Below are positions 54,242 through 64,000 of a DNA stretch of 64,000 nt, piece after piece. Position 1 is the first letter of the stretch; every line of letters begins with the position of its first letter. Under the pieces are notes generated by a model. It was not told the DNA's origin, made no database searches, and saw nothing but the letters and a program-made list of their open reading frames with translations. Where the stretch lies: contig OX597828.1 in the NCBI GenBank assembly GCA_951406725.2, positions 29,450,001-29,514,000 on the forward strand. Reading direction: 5' to 3'. The position numbers were made by a program, and so were the translations under genes. This DNA comes from Octopus vulgaris (Eukaryota).

Positions 54242-57200
54242 TAACGATATTACAAATAACAACACAGTTGAAAGATAATCTAAGACTACAGATGTTATGT
54301 CGAGACATTTTCTATATAAGTCAGTGTCGTGTAATTATTATGATCCTACCAATCAACTTTTACTGCTAAACAATTCAGCCAACCGTTACAGCGACCGCAT
54401 TCGTGAAAACAGCGGGAAATTGTTTTTACTTGTTACGTGCTATGTAAATGGATATCCGTCTGTTTCGACGATGGGTGTTTATACAGTTGTTCGGTTAATT
54501 GAATTACCTGCACATTGAATTAGCGTGGTTGAGTATTCCGCAAACACAACAATCATCGATGCAATACTCAGGTAGAATCTACGTCGTGCAGTGCATAACA
54601 AGGCTGTATCTTTGGTTGTCAGGCAAAATCTGATAGGCTTCTGCACAGTTTCCATCTGCCCAGTTTCCTCTCTATCCGAGGCAGCGACAAAAGACACTTG
54701 CTCATAGTGCCATGCTGTGGGATTGAGCCCAGTACCTTGTAATAACGAAGCTAGTTTCATAACCATTCGGCCATACTGCGTCTACATTATAACCATACAC
54801 TGAAGTCGGTCAATAATTAATGGTGTAAGTCAACGACGAAGCCTATTCGCCAAAAGAGTACAAGAAACTGTTGTGCGAGATGGGGTTCACGTTCGTACTT
54901 AGAAAAATAACGAATGTTTGATTTTACAAATTCATAGACATCTAACAACCTGAAGTAGGTCTAGAGTCGAGAGGGCATGCCATTAACGAGTTCGTGATTT
55001 GCGACGAAAGGTCTTTGACAAACTTACCTGATACAATGATTAAGGGAACGATTAATTAAACAATGGATTAGTTAGTTGGCTAACCAACTGAACAATAACA
55101 ATAAAAGAAGTGAAAGAGAACCGGTGCCTGTATTTATTATTTGTATAATGACCCTCCCGAGATGCAAAAAACTATACTGAACTATTACTTTTGGTTTTGA
55201 GGTTCAATTAATTAGTCTTTCTTTTTTATAAGTTTTTTTTATGGGTTTTTGAAGATTTCCTCGGGAGCATTTGGTTCAGCACTTCACCCCTTAAAGGTCG
55301 ATCGAATTGCTAAATGTCATTAAATAGCATCTTACTGTCTCCAAAAAAGGACACATTGGATAACGCAGTCTAAAAGATTTGATGGCCAGAAACCAAATGA
55401 CTTTGATCATAAAGCGAATCGATTCGAGCGGATTTCGGGCCAAGCAGCAGCAGCAGCAGCTGTAGTAGCAACAACAACAGCAACAACAAATCGTTGAAAT
55501 ATTTTGTTCTTATAAAGTTTATATGTCAGATTGATGTTGTATAAATCATTTCTTTCGTTTATACTCGAAGTCGTTTTGTTTATTGGGAAGAAAGGTTACC
55601 GAATATTGAACCGAAAGTAGTAAATTATTGATATATCGTTCATCGATTCTGGACAAATGAAATGTAAATTAAAAACCTAACCACTGTTTGTAATGGTCTA
55701 AATTTATTGCACTAACGAAATGTAAGAGGTAGGGTTGTTGTTTCACTACAAGTAAGCGCAGATCATGCAGACCAATGATCAAAGAAGTTCCACCTGAAAC
55801 TCCCTGACATTTTTTGTTTTTGCTTTTTAGCTATAAAGTATGTAGGACTCGTTTCTTTTGTAATACTTTAGCTCTTCATTCCCTTTGGAGTATTGACCAT
55901 TGAAGAGACTTTTCCAAAGTTCTCAACCCTGGGTTGTCCTTTTGTGGCCTTTACATCCTTATTGAGAGAAGGCTTTCCGGCCTTCCTCTCCCAGAGATTA
56001 TTGGTTTTGATTTGTTACCAATGCTTCTGTAAATTTGCTTTATTCTAAGCAAGGGTCTTGACCTTAGGCAAACCCAATTTTTTTATCTCTGAGAAGTGTT
56101 CCGCATTAGTTTGGCCTCTATACTTTAACCTTCCCAGCACGAGGGGGTGGGGAATCAGGAACTTGCACTCCGTTGGCTATAGTTCTCAGGGCCATTGAAG
56201 CTCACAAGCCAGTAAACAACAACCAAGGTGAACCTTGTGGTGGTTTTTGAAATACGGTAAGGAATTATTTGAGGCAAGTTTGCTTTTTAACTGTTCGAGA
56301 TCATTACGCAGAGGTTCCATTGTTGGCTCATGAAAACATGGATTTCGATTTTGCTGGTTCTAAATTCCTAGTAATAACGTTCGTTCGGTCAATTCCTTGT
56401 GGGAATTCTCTTAACAGTGATTTTTAATGACTTAATCAGAGGGGAAGGAACTGGACCCTCGACGTTTTCCATTTACTGCAGGACTGGCAACAGAATCATT
56501 AGCGTATTTAACAAAATGCTTGAAAGCATTTCTTTCGTGATCAACTTTACCTTTCATCCTTTCTGAGTCAATAAAATAAATTACTGACAATGTTGGGGTC
56601 GACTTGTTCCCTCCCATCAAAACTGCTGCCTTGGTACACTGTCCTGTGTTGGAGGAATGATGTAATCTCGCTCACTTATCTGGGCCATGGAAATTGGCTA
56701 ACCAGTCCTATAAGTTCGAGGGCATCGGCCCTAATGCTCAACTGCTCCTTATTTCATCGATCCTGAAAGGATGAAAGGCGAACTCGATCTCGGCGGAATT
56801 TGAATTCAGAACGTTGAGACGGGCGAAATGCCGCCAATCATTTTGTCCAGCGAGCTTGTCTCTTTAATAATAATAATAATAATCCTGCCAGCTCGTCTCT
56901 TTAATAATAACAATAATAATAAAGGCTTGTGGCATGAAGGGAAGCAGTTATTCTCAGACCTTAGACCTCATCCGAATGTTATAGAAATAAAGGTTTATGC
57001 AAGTGAACATCCGGTAAAAAGTTTATGTTCGGAGAGTAATAAACTAACATTCAGGTATATAGTTATATAAAGTTTCATACGGCGAATGATGCAAACGATA
57101 TTACCTCATTACTTATCTATTTTAAAGACAAGAAATAACATCTACTGACTGAGTAAAAAAGAAAAGAAAAACAAACAAAGAGCCATTTCATAAATGTGTT

Positions 57201-57456
57201 AACACAATAAATAAAAATAAAATAAAAATAAATAACCAATCTAGATCGAATTACGTATAGTAATTTGTCAAGGTTTTTATTTATACGCCGGCTGTGGTAT
57301 ATTTTTTTTATTATTATTAGAAGCTATACAAATATCAGAGGAAGTAAAGTCTACCTGACACCTTACAAAACACGAAAGCGGTTGAAAAGAAATGTGCTCC
57401 AATTCCTTTAATGTCTTCGAATAACAGATGCCTAATAATATGGGCTTTCGAGTATA

Positions 57457-57855
57457 TCTTTATATATAAAAGTCAAGTTGTGTGTCTGTCTCCTACGATT
57501 TAGATTCCTAACTACTCCCACATTTTGCGGTGCAGTTTAACCAAAACCGGGTATCTTATAGTCGTGATTCATATCGAGCCCTTCTGGGTATTAGCGCGCG
57601 TCTACGATGAGTCTACAATTTTAAAACAAATTTACCATCATTTTTTTCCATTTTAATGCATTTTTTTCGCTATTATATAAGGGAAGTAACTCTCTAAAAA
57701 TGTCTACGATGAGGCAACGATTTTAAAAAAAATTTACCATAATTTTTTTCCCATTTTTTATGCATTTTTTTGCTATTTTTTGGCTATAACTCTCTAAAAA
57801 TGCTTATATAGTTATTTCCCTTACAAACCCGAGCAACGCCGGGCGATACTGCTAG
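57457..57855 (+). mobile_element. Non-autonomous Helitron with an internal ~102-bp tandem duplication
   Basis: A|TC start, cccgagcaacgccggg hairpin, CTAG|T end; 3' end shared with 6910-7289. Confidence 0.8.
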
Positions 57856-58118
57856 TCGTAACTAAAACAACGTTAGGTACGGCAAAGTGAATTGTGGTAA
57901 ACAGCTTTTAAGTACAAGCTTTTAGCAATCTCACTTCACTGAGAATCGCTAATTTTCTTCAGAGAAAAGAGGAGAGTATATTTTCACATTGATTTCATAA
58001 TTTCTATTCATTGAAACGATAAATGAACCTAGCATAAAGCACGCGTGCGCGCGGACACACACACGCTCAACTATTCTGTGAAGGTGACGTGTGTGCGCGC
58101 GTATGTGTGTGTGTATAC

Positions 58119-58283
58119 TTATTTCTTTATTGCCCACAGGGGGCTAAACATAGAGGGGACAAACAAAGGGATTAAGTCGATTACATCGACTCCAGTGCGT
58201 AACTGGTACTTATTTAATCGACCCCGAAAGGATGAAAGGCAAAGTCGACCTCGGCTTGCTAACGTTTCTGCCAGCTCGCAGCC
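58119..58283 (-). mobile_element. SINE family B with internal deletion
   Basis: Head joined directly to the core. Confidence 0.85.
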
Positions 58284-58291
58284 CTCATAGA

Positions 58292-58356
<65 letters not shown>

Positions 58357-58451
58357 CATACACGCACACATATATATACATATACATACACGCACACATA
58401 TATAAACATACACACACACACACACATATATATATATACACATATACACTC

Positions 58452-58484
<33 letters not shown>

Positions 58485-58635
58485 TACAAATATACATACA
58501 TATATATATATATATATATACAAATATACATATAAACATAAATATATATACATATATAAATAAAACACATATATAAACATACACACACATATATATATAT
58601 ATATATACACATATACACTCATATATATATATATA

Positions 58636-58779
58636 TATTGTTATATTTCGGAATGGTCATATTGCCAAGTTTAGCCAATAAAAACACACGCACTATATAT
58701 TTGGTGTTATTTTGCTTCAGTGATATTTATTTTTATTGGCTAAACTGGCAATATGACCATTCCGAAATATAACAATATC
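58636..58779. repeat. ~48-bp inverted repeat within TA-rich microsatellite
   Basis: attgttatatttcggaatggtcatattgcca..tttagccaataaaaa and its reverse complement. Confidence 0.85.
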
Positions 58780-58944
58780 TGTTTCAACACACGACTTCAC
58801 ATAAAAAATCTTGCACAACAAATATTTAAACGTATATATATATATATATAAAAATATATATATACAAATATACATATAAACATAAATATATATCCATGTA
58901 TAAATAAAACACATAAACATACATACACACTCGTATATATAAAC

Positions 58945-59225
58945 TCTTCTTTTTATTCTTTTATATATTTTAGTCGAAAGTCTATGGCCATACTGGGGCA
59001 CCACAAGCACCATCTCCTTTTCAATGGTCATTCTTATACAGTTGGCTTTTAGTGAAGGACGGTCTTTGATTAGTCACCTCCTTTTGAATTTCTTGCCGTG
59101 ATATAGAATCATTTGGGATCTAGGCCAGGAAAAGGCCAAGGTGCTACTTCCACACCCTGTCGATCTCTCAGGCTTTTTGTAAGAGATCAAATAGTTGTGA
59201 GTCTCTGAAAGGGAGACATTCGACA
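58945..59225 (-). mobile_element. Old LINE 3' fragment related to 62105-62807
   Basis: SFRDSQLFDLL...IPNDSISRQEIQ and tail gtggtgccccagtatggcc. Confidence 0.55.
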
Positions 59226-59282
59226 GTAGTATAATTTGATATAGAATTTCAAAACAACATATATGAAAGAAAGATAACTATT

Positions 59283-59448
59283 AGGAGTGGCTGTGTGGTA
59301 AGTAGCTTGCTAACCAACCACATGGTTCCGGGTTCAGTCCCACTGCGTGGCATCTTGGGCAAGTGTCTTCTGCTATAGCCCCGGGCCGACCAATGCCTTG
59401 TGAGTGGATTTGGTAGACGGAAACTGAAAGAAGCCTGTCGTATATATG

Positions 59449-59481
<33 letters not shown>

Positions 59482-59689
59482 ATATGTTTGTGTGTCTGTG
59501 TTTGTCCCCTTAGCATTGCTTGACAACCGATGCTGGTGTGTTTACGTCCCCGTAACTTAGCGGTTCGGCAAAATAGACCGATGGAATAAGTACTGGGATT
59601 ACAAAGAATAAGTCCTGGGATCGATTTGCTCGACTAAAGGCGGTGCTTCAGCATGGCCGCAGTCAAATGACTGAAACAAGTAAAAGAGT
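59283..59689 (+). mobile_element. SINE family A, near full length
   Basis: Head, core, internal microsatellite and tail. Confidence 0.92.
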
Positions 59690-60213
59690 ATTGAAATTTT
59701 TCTCATAGCAAAATATCAAGCAAAAATCAACGTTGAAATACATTATACGCTAACGAAATCATAAAATCTAAAACGATTTACCGTCGTATAGTTTTTTTTT
59801 TAGTTTCCGGTGTTAATGATTTTATCAATTACAATAATGTTTCCATAATTCTTTGCTACTAACTGTAAAGTGTGTGAACAGCGCATCTTTGTTACCTCCC
59901 TTTTATTCTGCTGATGAGGCTCTGAGGTCCCCGAAGCATCATAGGGTTAATAGACTGAGAAATGCTGTCGTTTCGAAATAGATATGGAAGATAATAAGGA
60001 AATTTATTTAAAAATATCCTCGAAAATAGACAAACGCACAGGCGCACGTGCGCTCGCGTATACACAATAAATTACCTTCTATGCGGCACCACTGGAAACG
60101 AGGTTGGGAGCTGCTGGATAACAGGAATTTCCGGATATCTGATGATCACTTTTTAAATTACCATAGCGCCGTACAGAACGCATGAAAATTATCTCTCTTT
60201 ATATATTTATATA

Positions 60214-60388
60214 GGCGCAGGAGTGGCTGTGTGGTAAGTAGCTTGCTAACCAGCCACATGGTTCCGGGTTCAGTCCCACTGCGTGGCATCTTGGGCAAGT
60301 GTCTCCTGCTATAGCTCAGGGCCGACCAATGCCTTGTGAGTGGATTTGGTAGACGGAAACTGAAAGAAGCCTGTCGTATATATGCATG

Positions 60389-60419
<31 letters not shown>

Positions 60420-60640
60420 TTGTGTGTCTGTGTTTGTCCCCCTAGCATTGCTTGACAACAGATGCTGGTGTGTTTACGTTCCCGTCACTTAGCGGTTCGG
60501 CAAAAGAGACCGATAGAATAAGTACTGGGCTTACAAAGAATATGTCCCGGGGTCGATTTGCTCGACTAAAAAAAGGTGGTGCTCCAGCATGGCCGCAGTC
60601 AAATGACTAAAACAAGTAAAAGAGTAAAGAGTAAAAGAGT
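60214..60640 (+). mobile_element. SINE family A, full length
   Basis: ggcgcaggagtggctgtgtggtaag head through (taaaagag)n tail. Confidence 0.92.
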
Positions 60641-61602
60641 ATATATATATATATACATACATCAGTTTTCTCATTTATATTCTGAATATATTAAAAATAA
60701 GAAAAATAGGGCGAAATAAAAATATGATTTAAGTAAAAAAAATGTTATATTAACCAAATAAAATACGGGTGCAGTGAATATAGACAAATAAAACATTATA
60801 CTGTCTTTTGAGAAACAGCGATAGATTTTTGATATATTAGGAATCTTTTTAATGGCAATTAATTAATTAACACAAATTAGCACTTCTTCTCTTGACTCTA
60901 ACAATGTAATATCTGGGTTCCGGTTGTTTGAGAGTTCCAGTTATTTGAGTACCGGATGAAAGGATGTTTACTGTACTTTCATAGCTGCCCTACTAAACAT
61001 GGTTGCAGAATTTTATATGAGGGTTAGCTACATTAGCGCCGTTCCAGTATCAACGGTAGAGATTATTAGATTAATAATATCCGCTCGACCTCGTTTCTAA
61101 CTGTACATCCGTACCATCCAACTCAAAGACGATTTAGTTAATTTGCTTGGAATTTCTCATTAATTATATCTCTGTTGTCCACGACAATATCATGAATATC
61201 ATATGATTACATTAACACATGAACATCCATATACGAGGCTAGATGATAATGACAAATCGATATTTAGTGTAGATGAAGAATACAATGGGAGTACAGAACA
61301 CAATTCCATACTCCTAAATCTATGCTGATGCTACTACATGCGTAGATACCCTAGACCGCATACAAGACAAAAATATAAGTGCTGACCATCCAACTGAAGG
61401 CTGTGATGTCGTTCACAAATAAACTACAGTTTCAAGCCCAGAGATATGCTGTTCTCTCATTCTGTATGTTCTGTCATTGCTGCGGTCGCATCCACTCGGG
61501 ACCTCTCGACAGTCTCGCCCCTCCTCTCATCAACAGTTATGTGTTCCCACCGCTGAAGACATGCGCTAACGCTCACTCCTGTCTTTCTTGAATCTCAGTC
61601 CT

Positions 61603-62070
61603 CAGCTGGAGACGATGATCTCCTGGGGCTAAAAGCTACAGTAACACCCACCCTTAGTGGTTAGCCATATTGAGATGGCTAGTATACTTTACGGTGTCGA
61701 GCGGTTACTGTTTACATCTCGTTCAGAGATTTATTATTGCTTGCAGACAGTTTTTCGAAATCAGTGACAGTAGTTACTGGGAAAAACATTAAATAGATAT
61801 TTGCAAACAGGTCTCCCTTCATCGAAAACCGGTGATTACCGTACGTTGACAAGAGGCAAATACCTCGAAACTACAGTCTGTGCGTATCACTTAGGTTTAC
61901 GAGAGAGGGATGACCTCCCTTTGCAAATATCATAAGGGCACAGAAAGTGTACCTAAAGCCAGCTGGAGACGATGATCTCCTGGGGCTAAAAGCTACAGTA
62001 ATACCCACCCTTAGTGGTTAGCCATATTGAGATGGGGCTAAAAGCTATAGTAACTACTGAGATGGGGCTA
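61603..62070 (+). mobile_element. Retrozyme-like element: 357-bp unit with a 76-bp terminal direct repeat and one internal hammerhead
   Basis: 61603-61678 repeats at 61960-62035 (one mismatch); homologous to the 15.7-16.0 and 17.7-18.0 kb repeats. Confidence 0.7.
61840..61884 (+). ncRNA. Minimal type I hammerhead ribozyme motif with U3-A8 core
   Basis: cgtacg TTGACAA gagg-caaata-cctc GAAA ct-ac-ag TC tgtgcg; all stems pair (two G-U in stem I); GUC triplet. Confidence 0.8.
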
Positions 62071-62104
62071 TATCTATTGATATATATATATATATAATCA
62101 ATAT

Positions 62105-62807
62105 GGCAACACTGTACAGGCGAGTGGCTGGCTGGATTGTGAGGACATTCAGAACGAGGAAAAACGGAAGCCCTGCTACTCCTATGGAAGACTTTCGTTC
62201 TTAATCGCTTGGTTTACTGCTCCCAACTATAGTCTCTAGAAAGGGTGAAAGAAACTCTGGAAATCGAAGCAATCCTGGCCAATACACAAAGAAAATTAAC
62301 TCGATGCAAAATATGGGCTACTGGGAGAGGCTAAAGGAGGTGAGTCTCTATTCCCCGGAGAGAAGAGAGATATGCGGTGATATATATTTTGAATATCTTG
62401 GTGGGTTTAGCTCCCAATTTTGTAATTGACAGCTATACCAGTCCTCGACCTGGACGCCACTGCATCATACCAAAGTTCCTGTCTTCCCCATCTACAAAAA
62501 AAAAAAAAAAAAAAGGACACAGTACTGCAATAGTCTGGGTTTCAATGGCCCGCAATTATTCAACATCCTTCAAGGCAACCTTAGAGATCTACATGGTGTT
62601 GATGTGGAAGTTTTCAAGGAACCTCTGGACAGGATTCTATCTGAGATACCAGACGAACCCACATCACGGCAGGAAACGCAAAGAAGAGCAGCTCCGTCCA
62701 ACTCGCTACTTCACCAAAATCAGTATCGGAAACAACATCCAGTAACTACAGGTGGTGCACCACCATGACCTCAGCCCTGGGCTGAAACCAGTAAAAGATA
62801 AAAGATA
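62105..62807 (+). mobile_element. Decayed CR1/L2-group LINE 3' portion with 3' tail
   Basis: GWIVRTFRTR...NSLGFNGPQLFNIL...LDRILSEIPDEP...RAAPSNSLLHQ; multiple frameshifts; (taaaaga)n tail. Confidence 0.82.
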
Positions 62808-62812
62808 ATGAA

Positions 62813-62882
<70 letters not shown>

Positions 62883-63043
62883 TTATGAATTTGTGTTGCA
62901 AGATACCGGATTTGAAAACGTGTGTTTAAGTTTAATAATAAAATATACGCCTAAGAGGAAGGTGCTGCCATCGGTGTCAGTATCGCTGGCGATGTGGCTA
63001 ACCTATAACAAAAGCACTACCACAAGACTATGTCGATGATGTA

Positions 63044-63947
63044 TTGGGTCATCTCATAAATAATGAGGTTTTTCAATTGCATGAAGTAAAAGGGGGACGG
63101 GATAAACTACCTGTATCAACTTGCTATAAAAGCAGGTAGTAATTTTATTTTGTACTTATTCTTAGTGCACATTTTGAAGAGTGCAGTTCGATGTAAATAG
63201 TTATTTTTTCCAAGCTTTGAAGGAAGTGACCAAGGAGCATATTCGACATATTTTGCTTTATGAGTTCAATAAAGGCGACAGTGCATTATAAAGTGTGAGG
63301 AATATTAATGCAGTATATGGGGATCGGACAATAAGTGTAAGCCAGTGTCAACGGTGGTTCCAGAGGTTCCGAGCCGGAAACTACAGCCTAGAAGACAAAC
63401 TTCGTCCTGAAAGATCTGTAGAGCTCGATGAAGACGTCCTGCAAACGTTGGCGGAAAAAATCCCATTGTAACTGTTACGGACTAGCAGAGAAGCTTGGAT
63501 TTGGACATTCAACCAGTCATTCAAGTCAGCGCTAGAAGAAAAACGACCGTCTTTAGTTTCAAGACAAAAGGTGTTCTTCCATCAGGATGCATACAGCGAG
63601 GATAACATTCCAAAGGACGGAGCACTTTGAATAGGAAACGATGACCCACCCACCATATTCGCCGGACATTGCTCCATCTGATTATCATTTATTCCGCAGT
63701 CTTCAGAATCATTTGGACAGAAAAAATGTGAATTCTGTATACAAGGTTAGAACAGTACTGGATGAGTATTTTTCGTGACAGACAAATGAATTTTGGAAGA
63801 GGGGCCTTGCAAGTTTACCAGGTAGATGGAAGAGCATTGTAGAAAACCAAGAAGGGTATATCTTAGATTAAACAAGAACTTTGTTTAACATAATTTTGAA
63901 CAATAAAAGAAGTATATGAAAACCGCATTGTTTATGGGATGACCTAA
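63044..63947 (+). mobile_element. Internally deleted mariner transposon with both TIRs and TA target duplication
   Basis: TA-ttgggtcatctcataaataatg ... cattgtttatgggatgacctaa-TA; EHIRHILLYEFNKG, QRWFQRFRAGNYSLED and HPPYSPDIAPSDYHLF; same family as 21738-22650. Confidence 0.93.
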
Positions 63948-64000
63948 TAGAAGCTAACACTAAAGAGAGCATCCAGCCAATAGCTAACTCCTTCCACCAG

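Noticed and set aside
59910-59945. CTGATGA...CGAAG hammerhead-like string (similar strings at 12.35, 16.15, 28.28 and 32.46 kb)
   Set aside because: Stems I-III or the GAAA/NUH elements cannot be paired convincingly

Overview
AT-rich, repeat-dominated eukaryotic DNA. The SINE families and the very high (TA)n/(TATG)n/(TCTA)n/(CA)n microsatellite load point to an Octopus (coleoid cephalopod) genome; this is an inference from recognised repeat sequences. Almost all ORFs in the supplied track are microsatellite or repeat artefacts, and no complete, nameable host gene is visible. The supportable content is: at least four tRNA-headed SINE families, two decayed mariner transposons, 3' fragments of several LINE clades (CR1, CR1/L2-like, RTE, Tx1/L1-like, Hero/NeSL-like), two non-autonomous Helitrons sharing a 3' end, minisatellites, and some low-confidence minus-strand exons of an unidentified gene. 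The most striking signal is a set of minimal type I hammerhead ribozyme motifs on both strands. They include three diverged copies of one structured RNA family (about 15.8, 17.8 and 61.85 kb) with compensatory base changes; one copy is arranged as a greater-than-unit-length 357-bp permuted repeat, as expected for a retrozyme or circular-RNA-derived element. Other hammerheads sit in (TA)n-embedded, often fold-back, Penelope-like remnants, and together the motifs show three different Watson-Crick pairs at catalytic core positions 3-8 (C-G, U-A, G-C). All structures were parsed by eye; no folding, alignment or database search was run.
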